IMG/VR virus record: IMGVR_UViG_3300002220_000189
Location: 1 to 64,000 of that record
Length of the DNA stretch: 64,000 nt
Direction: 5' to 3' (one strand)
DNA from: a virus
Lineage: Duplodnaviria; Caudoviricetes
Shown: positions 20,078 to 29,382 of the stretch, one piece after another
Layout: each line of letters opens with the position of its first letter
Position numbering within the stretch: position 1 is the first letter of the stretch
Program-made: the position numbers and the translations under genes
The notes under the pieces: generated by a model
Databases searched by the model: none
What the model was told of the DNA's origin: nothing
Seen by the model: the letters and a program-made list of their open reading frames with translations, nothing else

Positions 20078-20398
20078 ATGGGTGAATTAACAAATGATGG
20101 TGGTGTAAATCCAGGAATGGAAGCTGCAAATATGAGAATTGCGGTTCCTGTAAATGATCCGGGTAAAATTACTACAGATGTAGAAGGTATTTTTGCAGAT
20201 GGTAAAAGAAATGAATTACCGGTATTTGATGTAGATCATGATGATTTCTATAATAATATGAAAGCGGATAGAAAAAGAATTAGATTTAAGGCAGATACTA
20301 GTGCTTCACAATATTTACGCGGAACAAAGTATAATAGACCATTCTATCTTAGAACCACAGCACCTGATGGAAATCAATTACTTAGAAAGGTAAAATAA
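20078..20398 (+). CDS. Hypothetical protein
   Basis: GAGAGG RBS; MGELTND. Confidence 0.6.
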   Translation: MGELTNDGGVNPGMEAANMRIAVPVNDPGKITTDVEGIFADGKRNELPVFDVDHDDFYNNMKADRKRIRFKADTSASQYLRGTKYNRPFYLRTTAPDGNQLLRKVK

Positions 20399-20463
20399 TG
20401 AAAATTAAAAATTATATTTACAGTCTAATGGTGGCAGAAGCAGCATATCCGAGTAATCTATGA
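20398..20463 (+). pseudogene. 5' fragment (MKIKNYIYSLMVAEAAYPSNL) of a small gene split by the following endonuclease
   Basis: TAATG coupling upstream, ATGA overlap with the endonuclease; apparent continuation FEEMVKFY... at the endonuclease C-terminus. Confidence 0.45.
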
Positions 20464-21314
20464 TTATATATAAAATTACTAATAAAATAAACAACATATC
20501 TTATATTGGTCAAACTATATATTCATTAAATGATAGATGGAAAAGACACTTGTATCAAATTAAAAATAATAGTAAAGTATATTTTCATAATGCTATTCGT
20601 AAATATGGTGTAGAGAATTTTACTATAGAAGTTCTTTGTGAATGTGATACAAGAGAGATATTGAATATCATGGAAACATTTAAAATTATGGTTCATCGTA
20701 CCCATGTTTCTGAAGGTGGCTATAATCTTACATGGGGCGGTGATGATAATCCTATGAATTATCAATATTTTAGAGATAAAATTAGTAAAGATAATCATTA
20801 TCTTAATAAATTTACTATTAATAAAAAAGAAGAATGGTTTAAAATATATAGAACAAATATTTGGAAAGGAAAAAAGAGTCCTCGAACATCTGAAATGAAT
20901 AAAAAAAGAATTGGATGTCTAAATCCTAATTATGGAAAACATAATGAAAAATTAGCCGAATTTAATAGAACTAGAGAATATTCTTTAGAAGATAGAAGAA
21001 AAAAATCTGAACGTCTTAGTAAATATTATGTAATAACATTACCTAATAACAATGAAATTATTATTAAGAATTTATCTAAATTTTGTAAAAATAATAGTTT
21101 AAGTAATGGTACATTATTATCTCATGGTAAATCTAAAGGATTTTTATGTAATAAAATAGATAAAAATCACTTGTTGTTATTTGAAGAAATGGTAAAATTC
21201 TACAAAGTTGCTAATGATGAAGATATAAAAAGATTAGAAAAGGCTATTTTAAAGAATGATTGGAATGAATTTAAAAGAATTATAAAAGATGTAATTGGAG
21301 TTGCTTTACATTAA
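20460..21314 (+). CDS. GIY-YIG homing endonuclease with fused non-nuclease C-terminal tail
   Basis: IIYKITN..YIGQT, AIRKYG, GYNLTWGG. Confidence 0.85.
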   Translation: MIIYKITNKINNISYIGQTIYSLNDRWKRHLYQIKNNSKVYFHNAIRKYGVENFTIEVLCECDTREILNIMETFKIMVHRTHVSEGGYNLTWGGDDNPMNYQYFRDKISKDNHYLNKFTINKKEEWFKIYRTNIWKGKKSPRTSEMNKKRIGCLNPNYGKHNEKLAEFNRTREYSLEDRRKKSERLSKYYVITLPNNNEIIIKNLSKFCKNNSLSNGTLLSHGKSKGFLCNKIDKNHLLLFEEMVKFYKVANDEDIKRLEKAILKNDWNEFKRIIKDVIGVALH

Positions 21315-21318
21315 TGAC

Positions 21319-21347
21319 TTGACAGCTGATATGTTATATGTTATAAT
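21319..21347 (+). promoter_or_regulatory. Consensus sigma70 promoter
   Basis: TTGACA-N17-TATAAT with TG. Confidence 0.8.
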
Positions 21348-21381
21348 TATAAAAATGTGAAAGGAGAATATAATAAATTTA

Positions 21382-22251
21382 ATGATATCAAATATTTTTG
21401 ATTTTAATAATTTGTGTGTGAGGCACTATTTTGTAAAAGATGTTGAGGCAGAATCAGATAATCCGAATATTCAATTATGGAAGTATAGAATTATAGAAAG
21501 TGTTTACAATTCAATATTCAAAGAAAATGATGTAAATGAAATTATTTTAGCAGTCGATGATAGAAAATCATGGCGAAAATTATATTGTAACAGATATAAA
21601 GAATCAAGAGAAGGAAAAAGACAAACATCAAAAATAGATTGGTCTATTTTTCATAAAGAGTTTGATCAATTTAATAATGAAATTCATAAATATTTACCAT
21701 TTAAAGTTTTAAAAATTCAAGCAGCAGAAGCTGATGACATTATTGGTACTATTTGTCTTACTCAAACAAATAAAGAATTTGTTATTATTTCTGTTGATGA
21801 AGATTTTCTACAATTAGTTTCACCAAGAATTCGTTTATATCATCCACTTAAAATGACTTATGTAAGTGTAGACGATCCAGAATTGTTCATTATTGAAAAA
21901 TGTCTTACAGGACAATCTAAAGATGATATATTTAATATTCTTACTCCTCTTGATTGGCCAAAAGACAAAAGAAAACCAGGTTTTGGTGAAGTTTCTGCAA
22001 AAAAAGTCATGAAAGAAGGATATGAAGATTGGTTAAAAAAGAAAAATTTAGAAGAGAGATTTCATATAAATAGAGTATTGATGGATTTAAAATTAATTCC
22101 AAATACTGTAAAATCAAGAATTCTTAATGAGTATAATAATTATAGGCTTCCTGATCCCGCATTATCTTACGAGTTTTTCAAAAATAACAATTTTACGGGA
22201 TTTTTAGAAAAAATTCATTCAGTAGAACAAAATTTTATGAGGTTTTATTAA
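21382..22251 (+). CDS. rnh: T4-like RNase H / 5'-3' exonuclease
   Basis: DFNN, SWRK..YK..R, AEADDII, SVDEDFLQL, GQSKDDIFNI. Confidence 0.85.
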   Translation: MISNIFDFNNLCVRHYFVKDVEAESDNPNIQLWKYRIIESVYNSIFKENDVNEIILAVDDRKSWRKLYCNRYKESREGKRQTSKIDWSIFHKEFDQFNNEIHKYLPFKVLKIQAAEADDIIGTICLTQTNKEFVIISVDEDFLQLVSPRIRLYHPLKMTYVSVDDPELFIIEKCLTGQSKDDIFNILTPLDWPKDKRKPGFGEVSAKKVMKEGYEDWLKKKNLEERFHINRVLMDLKLIPNTVKSRILNEYNNYRLPDPALSYEFFKNNNFTGFLEKIHSVEQNFMRFY

Positions 22252-22252
22252 T

Positions 22253-22456
22253 ATGATAGTATATGTTATTGTAAATGAGTGTGAGAGAACACATTTTGAA
22301 AAAACATTTCAAATACCTTTTGGTTATGGAAATGAAGAATATGTTAAAATATTTATTGATGAACTATCAGCAAGAAGATATTTTGATATTTTGCCATCTA
22401 AAGATGAATGGGTTATTGAGAAAATATCTTCAGGTGTAAAAGAAATAATTAGTTGA
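22253..22456 (+). CDS. Hypothetical protein
   Basis: Short ORF with GAGG RBS. Confidence 0.45.
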   Translation: MIVYVIVNECERTHFEKTFQIPFGYGNEEYVKIFIDELSARRYFDILPSKDEWVIEKISSGVKEIIS

Positions 22457-22461
22457 TATAT

Positions 22462-22492
22462 AAACTACTATTACTAAAATAGTAGTTTTTTT
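22462..22492 (+). terminator. Terminator-like hairpin immediately upstream of the nrdJ RBS
   Basis: AAACTACTATT-ACTAA-AATAGTAGTTT plus T-tract. Confidence 0.55.
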
Positions 22493-22503
22493 ATGGAGTA
22501 AAA

Positions 22504-25500
22504 ATGGTTTTAAGTGAAATGGCACAACGTATATTTAAAGATTTATATTGTTTTTCAGAAGAAACAATAGACGATGCAATTAAAAGAGTTGCAAAAGAAT
22601 TTAGTAATAATGATGTAAAAATAGCATATGATTTATTGAAAGAAAATAAATGGAGACCAAATTCGCCAGTTTGGTTTTCAGCTGGAACAGATCATAAAAT
22701 ATTTAGTGCATGTTTTGTATGTGGTCTTATTGATAGTATGGATGGAATTTATGATATTGCTAATGTTGCTAGAAAAATATTTCAGAATGGCGCTGGTATT
22801 GGTATACCAATAGGTAATTTAAGAGAAAAAGATGCTTTAATTTATGAAGGAAGGAAGAATAATATTAAAAATGGTGATGAGCCTATGCCAGTTGGTAGAT
22901 CTTCAGGTCCATTATCATTTATGCACCTTTATGATGCTGTAGGTGCAACAACAAAATCTGGTGGTAGAGCCAGACGAGCAGCAATAATGATTTCAATGCC
23001 AGTATGGCATCCAGATATTTTAGATTTTATAAAATGTAAAGAAATTGATGGTAAATTATCAAACATGAATATTTCTGTTGCTATTACAGATAAATTCATG
23101 CAAGCATTTAAAGATAATGTTCCTTTTACACTTATTTCACCTTCTGATGGTTCAGAAATAAATGAAATAAATGCAAGAACATTATGGGATGCAATTATTG
23201 ATATGGCATGGAAAACAGCTGATCCTGGAATTATGTTTATTGATACTGTAAATAAGTATAATGCATTGAAGAAACTTTACCTTATAGAGACAAGCAACCC
23301 GTGCGGGGAACAGTTTCTACAACCATTCGCTTCTTGTCAATTAAGTTCAATAAATATTCATAAATTTTGTAAAGAAAAAATATTTGATTTTGAAGGACTT
23401 TATAAAACAGCATATAATGTCGCTGTTCTTATGGATAGTCTTATTGATAAAATGGAATTTCCTGATCCACGTTTTAAAGAAATGGCTATTAAATACAGAC
23501 CATTTGGTGTAGGATTTATGGGTGTTGCTGATACTTTATTTGAACTTGATATACCATATGACAGTCATGAAGGTAGAATACTTATATCAGAATGTATGAA
23601 AACTATAACAACAGCTTGTGTTGAAGCAAGTTCTGATATAGCAAAAGAAAAAGGAACATTCAGTGATTATGAAATTGTTAAAGATGATATTGAAGAAATT
23701 GTTACCGAACATACTGGAAATAATGAACGAGTAATGGAAAAAGTAAAAAAGTATGGTCTTCGTAATTCTCAATTTACTACTGTAGCACCTACTGGTTGTT
23801 TAGTTTCAGACACATTAATATCTTCAAATAAAGGAATTAAAAAAATTGTTGATTATGATGAAATTTTAAAAAACGGTAGTGATAGAATATCAACTATATC
23901 AGATTTTGGTAAAAATCATTTAAAAGCTTATTATAATCAAGGAATTGCAAATACTATAAAAATAACATCTAAAAGGGGATATGATATTGAAGGAACATTT
24001 GAACATAAACTTAGAGTTCTTTCAGATGGTAATGGTTATCTATGGAAAACATTAAATAAAATTTATATTGACGATATTATATTATTAAAAAAGAATTTTA
24101 TTATTGATAAATCTACATGGTTAAGTGATAATAAAGCTGAATTTCTTGGATTGTATATGGCTGACGGATGGTGGGACAAGGGATTGAATGGAAAAGGAAG
24201 ATTATACATTTCTTTTAATGACAAAGATAAAGATTATATTATAAATCTTATTGATAACTCATTTGGTAAACAATTTACATTTAACACGTTCATCAGACAA
24301 GACAATGAAACATATGGTAAAATAGACATTTCTTCTAAAAAAATGTATGATTGGTTTATTGAATATGATTGCATAAAAGAAGGTGCTCAAAACGCTTTTA
24401 TACCGCAAATTATTTTAGATGGTTCTAAACAAACATTATTATCATTTATTAAAGGATATTGGAAAGGAGATGGTCATGTTAGAAGTGATGATGGTAGAAT
24501 AGGATTTAAAACAATTTCTAATAAACTGGCTCATCAACTACATACTATTTTATTAGGATTGGGTTATCCATCGAATTTATCTTATACAAAAAAAACTTCA
24601 ACTGATGTAAAATTTATAAACGGAAGAGAAATCCATCAAAATTATGATACATATTCTATTAGTTTAAATAAGGAATATTCTGAATTATTATTAAAAGAAT
24701 TTGGATATAATATTGAAACAACCCTTAAATATCCAAGAGAATATGTTCCAATATTACCACATGAAGAAATATATTTTCCTGAAAAAGTAAATATATCAAA
24801 AATAAACACTAATTATTGTGTTACATTAAAAAGATATAAAGAAGTTATTGATGAATTAAAATATAATTGGTTTGTTGAAAATGAATTATATTTAGATTTT
24901 GTGTCAAACAAAGAATTTTTTGAACAAAAAGAAGTTCATGATTTAGAGATAGTAGAAAATACTCATACATATGTTGCTAATGGGTTTATAACACATAATA
25001 CTACAGCTTTATCTGCAGATTGTTCATATGGTATTGAACCAAGTTTCGGACTAGTATTTACTAAAACACTTTCAGAATCCGGAGATAAATATTTTATTGT
25101 TAATTCTATATTTAAGAAAAAATTTGAAAATGAATCATGGTATACGCCAGATTTAATTGAAAAAATAGAACAAAATAAAGGTTCTCTAAAAGGTATTAGA
25201 GGAATTCCTAAAGAAGTAAGAGATGTATTTATTACTGCACATGATATTAAATTTAAGGATAGAATTGATATGCAAGCTGGTGTTCAAAAATATACATCTA
25301 ACGCAATTTCTTCTACATTAAATTTACCTTCCACAACAACAAGAGATGAGGTATCAGAGTTATATAGATACGCATATCAAAAAGGCCTGAAAGGTGTTAC
25401 TATATATAGAGATGGAAGTAAAAAATCTCAACCTATTACATTTACAAAAGATAAAACTCAAGTTCAATCTAATTTTGTAAGACCTAGTGTTTTAAAAGCT

Positions 25501-25941
25501 AATGTACATACTCTTGAGACTGGTAATGGAAAATTATATATTACTATATCAACTTATAATGGTAAGCCGATTGAAATATTTATGTCTATGGGAAAATCAG
25601 GGCAACTTTTTAATGTTTTTACAGAAGCATTAGGAAGGTCTATATCTATAGCATTACAACATGGTGTTCCAATAAAATCAATTATTAAAACTTTGATTGG
25701 TATTAATTCTGATAGGCCAACATGGGCTAGATTTGAAGATAATGATAGAAAACCTACACAAATATTATCAATTCCAGATGGTATAGCAAAATTACTTCAA
25801 AGATATTATACAAGTGATGTAATACTTGATGAACTAGATATTAGTGAAAAACAATTATGTTCTAAATGTGGAACATATTCTGTAATACTTACTGAGGGTT
25901 GTAAGATTTGCTATAATTGTGGCCTTTCGGAGTGTAATTAG
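22504..25941 (+). CDS. nrdJ: Class II (B12-dependent) ribonucleotide reductase with intein, TSCPD domain and C-terminal Zn ribbon
   Basis: PNSP, SACF, GGRARRAA, NPCGE, APTG, GLKGVTIYRDGS, CSKCG...EGCKICYNCG. Confidence 0.9.
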   Translation: MVLSEMAQRIFKDLYCFSEETIDDAIKRVAKEFSNNDVKIAYDLLKENKWRPNSPVWFSAGTDHKIFSACFVCGLIDSMDGIYDIANVARKIFQNGAGIGIPIGNLREKDALIYEGRKNNIKNGDEPMPVGRSSGPLSFMHLYDAVGATTKSGGRARRAAIMISMPVWHPDILDFIKCKEIDGKLSNMNISVAITDKFMQAFKDNVPFTLISPSDGSEINEINARTLWDAIIDMAWKTADPGIMFIDTVNKYNALKKLYLIETSNPCGEQFLQPFASCQLSSINIHKFCKEKIFDFEGLYKTAYNVAVLMDSLIDKMEFPDPRFKEMAIKYRPFGVGFMGVADTLFELDIPYDSHEGRILISECMKTITTACVEASSDIAKEKGTFSDYEIVKDDIEEIVTEHTGNNERVMEKVKKYGLRNSQFTTVAPTGCLVSDTLISSNKGIKKIVDYDEILKNGSDRISTISDFGKNHLKAYYNQGIANTIKITSKRGYDIEGTFEHKLRVLSDGNGYLWKTLNKIYIDDIILLKKNFIIDKSTWLSDNKAEFLGLYMADGWWDKGLNGKGRLYISFNDKDKDYIINLIDNSFGKQFTFNTFIRQDNETYGKIDISSKKMYDWFIEYDCIKEGAQNAFIPQIILDGSKQTLLSFIKGYWKGDGHVRSDDGRIGFKTISNKLAHQLHTILLGLGYPSNLSYTKKTSTDVKFINGREIHQNYDTYSISLNKEYSELLLKEFGYNIETTLKYPREYVPILPHEEIYFPEKVNISKINTNYCVTLKRYKEVIDELKYNWFVENELYLDFVSNKEFFEQKEVHDLEIVENTHTYVANGFITHNTTALSADCSYGIEPSFGLVFTKTLSESGDKYFIVNSIFKKKFENESWYTPDLIEKIEQNKGSLKGIRGIPKEVRDVFITAHDIKFKDRIDMQAGVQKYTSNAISSTLNLPSTTTRDEVSELYRYAYQKGLKGVTIYRDGSKKSQPITFTKDKTQVQSNFVRPSVLKANVHTLETGNGKLYITISTYNGKPIEIFMSMGKSGQLFNVFTEALGRSISIALQHGVPIKSIIKTLIGINSDRPTWARFEDNDRKPTQILSIPDGIAKLLQRYYTSDVILDELDISEKQLCSKCGTYSVILTEGCKICYNCGLSECN
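23797..24999 (+). mobile_element. 401-aa intein with LAGLIDADG endonuclease in RNR
   Basis: APTG|CLVSDT...T.EH...FLGLYMADG...FIKGYWKGDG...GFITHN|TTALS. Confidence 0.92.
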
Positions 25942-25989
25942 TAATACCAGTAATGAAAAATTGATGTTTTGATAAAATGGCTTATTTCT

Positions 25990-26027
25990 TATAAATAAGA
26001 ATATGGTGTGACAAGTTTCACATCATA
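25990..26027 (+). promoter_or_regulatory. Late promoter followed by an inverted repeat TGTGA-N6-TCACA
   Basis: TATAAATA at 25990; TATGGTGTGA-CAAGTT-TCACATCATA. Confidence 0.55.
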
Positions 26028-26049
26028 ATTCAAATTTAAGGAATAAACC

Positions 26050-26892
26050 ATGAATAAAAATAAATTTTATGTTTATGCGTATTTAGATCCTAGAAAACAA
26101 GGAAATTATTTATTTAACGAATATTATTTTAATTATGAGCCCTTCTATATTGGCAAAGGACATGGAAGGCGAAAATATATTCATTTACATAATTCTTACA
26201 ATAAACATCTCAATAGTAAAATTAAGAAAATTAGAAAAGAAACGGGATATGATCCATTTATTATTGTTTATAAAGAATTAATGATTGAATCTGATGCTTT
26301 TATTTTAGAAACAGATATGATTCAAAAAATAGGAAGATCAGATATAAAAAAAGGGCCTTTATGCAATCATACAAATGGTGGAGAAGGGCCATCGGGGCAT
26401 ATAAAAACAGAAAAATTTTTACAACGCGTAAGAAAATTTTCATCTAAAATAATAAAACAAGCAAAAGAATTACGAAAAGAAGGTAAAGCATGGTCTGATA
26501 TAGCAAAAGAAACAGGAATATCAACCAGACAAATCAGACATTATTGTAAAAATATAATAAAAAATCCAAAATTTTCATCACATATCATAAATTTAGCAAG
26601 ACAAATGAGAGCTGATGGTAAAAGTTGGAATGAAATATCAAAACACATAAATGTTGCTGTTTCAACAATTAGACATTGGTGTAGAGATATTATATTAGAT
26701 CATTCAATAATAGAAGGAAAAAAGCATTTAGTAAGACAAATGAGAGCTGATGGTAAAAGCTGGAACGAAATATCAAATAATATTAACTTATCAGCAGCCA
26801 CAATTAGATACTGGTGTAGAGATTTAGAACCAATAAATCAACAATTTAAAAATAAAAGAAATGTAGTTAATATAAGTAAAGAAAATCCTTGA
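26050..26892 (+). CDS. GIY-YIG-like homing endonuclease with three HTH repeats
   Basis: FYVYAYLDP, PFYIGKG, GPLCNHTNGGEG; repeats R..GKSWNEIS......TIR.WC. Confidence 0.85.
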   Translation: MNKNKFYVYAYLDPRKQGNYLFNEYYFNYEPFYIGKGHGRRKYIHLHNSYNKHLNSKIKKIRKETGYDPFIIVYKELMIESDAFILETDMIQKIGRSDIKKGPLCNHTNGGEGPSGHIKTEKFLQRVRKFSSKIIKQAKELRKEGKAWSDIAKETGISTRQIRHYCKNIIKNPKFSSHIINLARQMRADGKSWNEISKHINVAVSTIRHWCRDIILDHSIIEGKKHLVRQMRADGKSWNEISNNINLSAATIRYWCRDLEPINQQFKNKRNVVNISKENP

Positions 26893-26917
26893 TTTTTTTA
26901 TAGAAAGATGATAATAT

Positions 26918-27109
26918 ATGAAAGTGATTTGTGATAAATGGGTAGAAGATTGTTATATGTATTGTAATCATTATGGAGTACATGAAAAAACAAATCACTG
27001 TATTCCTGCTCCTTGTTATAAATCAATAGACATATCAGTGTCTTGTATATCATCATGTATACCATATCAATTATTTAAAAATGAAATTGAGAGAATTCTT
27101 GACATATGA
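26918..27109 (+). CDS. Small Cys/His-rich protein with C-terminal EIERIL tag
   Basis: MKVIC..C..C.H.GVH; ends FKNEIERILDI. Confidence 0.6.
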   Translation: MKVICDKWVEDCYMYCNHYGVHEKTNHCIPAPCYKSIDISVSCISSCIPYQLFKNEIERILDI

Positions 27110-27306
27110 AAATGATTTGTACCGGATATGATAGTGATAGTGATATTTGTAGATTTGTTGGTTGTGAACATAAAGGAGTGCATGACTATCAAAGTCCTTG
27201 TGATATAAGTTATTATTGTAGTACATCAAAAAGAAATGTTATTTGTATGAAAAGTATTAATTATAAAGATGAAATAAATAAAATATTAGAAATAGGAGAT
27301 CAATAA
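27106..27306 (+). CDS. Small Cys/His-rich protein with C-terminal EINKIL tag
   Basis: MKMIC..C...CEHKGVH; paralog of 26918. Confidence 0.6.
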   Translation: MKMICTGYDSDSDICRFVGCEHKGVHDYQSPCDISYYCSTSKRNVICMKSINYKDEINKILEIGDQ

Positions 27307-27308
27307 AT

Positions 27309-27590
27309 ATGTATTATACTAAACCTATGGATGGTGCTGAAATTGCAAAAGAACTTGGTGGTATTTCAAGACAAGCTGTGTCTAATACATTAAAAAGAGC
27401 AATGAAAAAGGTTTATAATAATGTTAAAAAATTAGATAAATCATGGACACCATTTGAATGTATGTGTGTAATGATGAAGATGTTTTCCATTCCAAATGAT
27501 AATAATGAAATAAAAAAATTTTATAATCTTTTTCCTCCTGAAGTAAAACAGGAAGTAATGGATAGTATGAATAATAAAAATGAAAATTGA
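27309..27590 (+). CDS. Sigma70 region-4-like HTH protein
   Basis: MDGAEIAKELGGISRQAVSNTLKRAMKK. Confidence 0.7.
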   Translation: MYYTKPMDGAEIAKELGGISRQAVSNTLKRAMKKVYNNVKKLDKSWTPFECMCVMMKMFSIPNDNNEIKKFYNLFPPEVKQEVMDSMNNKNEN

Positions 27591-27907
27591 ACCTTGTTAT
27601 ACTTTATGTAGTAATTGTATACATTATCAAATAATAAACACGTTAGCAAATTGTAATTTACAATATTTTGAAAAAATATTAATTACAACAAGTTTATTAT
27701 TTACACCATTTGATTTTAATTGTATAGAATTTCAAAAAAGGGAATAGTTAATATGCTTACAAAAAAATTATTTACAGATGAACAATTAGAAGAATTATGT
27801 AATAAATTTAAAATTATTAAAAAAAAGAAATATGATATTATAAAAAAAGATAATAAACAATACAGACCGATTAAAAAAATTTTTAAGAAAAATAAACCTG
27901 TAGAATA

Positions 27908-28921
27908 ATGTTAACTTTAGATATTGTTAATCAATTTGTTTTAGAACATTTTTCCAATGTAACCGTTTCTAAAAATGGTTCACATTTTCATGCTAGATGT
28001 GTGCTTTGCGGTGATTCTAAAAAATCATTATCAAAGAAGAGATTTCATCTCGAATTTAATAACGGGCAACCATTTTGGCATTGTTTTAATTGTAATAGAT
28101 CAGGTTCATTTTTAGAATTATATTGTGAACTTAATAGTATTTCAATTTCAGAAGCTAAAAAACAGTTATACAAATTTGATGTTAATTATCTTACACAAGT
28201 ATTATCACCTAAAAAGAAAAAGAAACTTTTAAAAGAAATAAAATTTGAAAATCATGATTATATTTTAAAAGATTCTATTGGAAAATATGATGAACCAGAA
28301 GGTTATATTCAATCAAAATATAAGGAAGATTTATTAAAATTTATTAAAGATAGAATAATTCCAGAAGATTTTCCTATATTTATTGCATATCAAGGAGAAT
28401 ATAAAGGAAGAATTATTATTCCAATTTATAATAATGGTAATATTGTATATTTTCAAGGTAGATCTCTTAGTATAGATGAATATGGAAAAAAATATAAAAA
28501 TCCTACATTACAAAAAGGTAGTATTATATTAAATAAAGAAAAATTTAATTTTAATAAATATATTATAGTAACAGAAGGTATTTTAGATGCTATTCAAGTT
28601 GGGACTCAAGGAACATCTTGTTTGGGATCATCTGTTAATGAAAGTTTTATTTCTGAATTATTACCTTTAACTAATATTGGTATTATTATAGTAATGGATA
28701 ATGATGAATCTGGAAATGATAGTATTATTGATATAATAAAAAATAATAAGTTCGCAAATTTATTAAAATTTTTTCTCATGCCGTATAAATATAAAGAGAT
28801 AAAGGACTTGAATGAATTAAAACAAAAAGAAAATAATATTGATATTTATCAATTTGTAGTTAATAATTCTTATACATGCTTTGAAATTCAAGTGAAATTG
28901 GCTATTGGAGGTAATAAGTGA
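27908..28921 (+). CDS. gp61: DNA primase, T4 gp61-like
   Basis: RCVLCGDS..HCFNC Zn domain; RIIIP, FQGR, TEGILDA, DND TOPRIM, KDLNE. Confidence 0.88.
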   Translation: MLTLDIVNQFVLEHFSNVTVSKNGSHFHARCVLCGDSKKSLSKKRFHLEFNNGQPFWHCFNCNRSGSFLELYCELNSISISEAKKQLYKFDVNYLTQVLSPKKKKKLLKEIKFENHDYILKDSIGKYDEPEGYIQSKYKEDLLKFIKDRIIPEDFPIFIAYQGEYKGRIIIPIYNNGNIVYFQGRSLSIDEYGKKYKNPTLQKGSIILNKEKFNFNKYIIVTEGILDAIQVGTQGTSCLGSSVNESFISELLPLTNIGIIIVMDNDESGNDSIIDIIKNNKFANLLKFFLMPYKYKEIKDLNELKQKENNIDIYQFVVNNSYTCFEIQVKLAIGGNK

Positions 28922-29382
28922 TGAAGTTAACCTATCCCGGAAAAGATTATATTGTTATAAATGAAAGTAATATTAAAGAAGAGGAATTAATTAATCTTCC
29001 TAAAATTCACCTTATTCATTTAAATTTTAAAATACCGACACAAGAAAAAATTGATGCGGTATTGATGTTATTTAATAAAACAAACAGATTTGTTATATCA
29101 AATAATATAAAATTTTATAATGATATTTTGAAAAAAACAACAAAAAAATATTACGTAATGAATAATATAGGTGATAATCTTATTACATTTTTTAGAAGAA
29201 ATAATAAAGTTCTTTTAAATTTAAATAATTTGAGATTATGTGAAAAAGAATTTGTATGTCAAAATATAGTTTTACAAGATATTTTAAAAAATATTGAAGT
29301 TATCCAATTACATAAGAAGTTATTCTTAGAATTGAGTGTATTGTTTGATTCATGGGATGGCAATGTAATTATAGAAGATTAA
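28918..29382 (+). CDS. Hypothetical protein
   Basis: GGAGG RBS, coupled to primase. Confidence 0.55.
   Translation: MMKLTYPGKDYIVINESNIKEEELINLPKIHLIHLNFKIPTQEKIDAVLMLFNKTNRFVISNNIKFYNDILKKTTKKYYVMNNIGDNLITFFRRNNKVLLNLNNLRLCEKEFVCQNIVLQDILKNIEVIQLHKKLFLELSVLFDSWDGNVIIED

Noticed and set aside
26601-26825. Internal near-identical repeats as a DGR template/variable pair
   Set aside because: In-frame HTH domain duplications within one gene; no reverse transcriptase in the window
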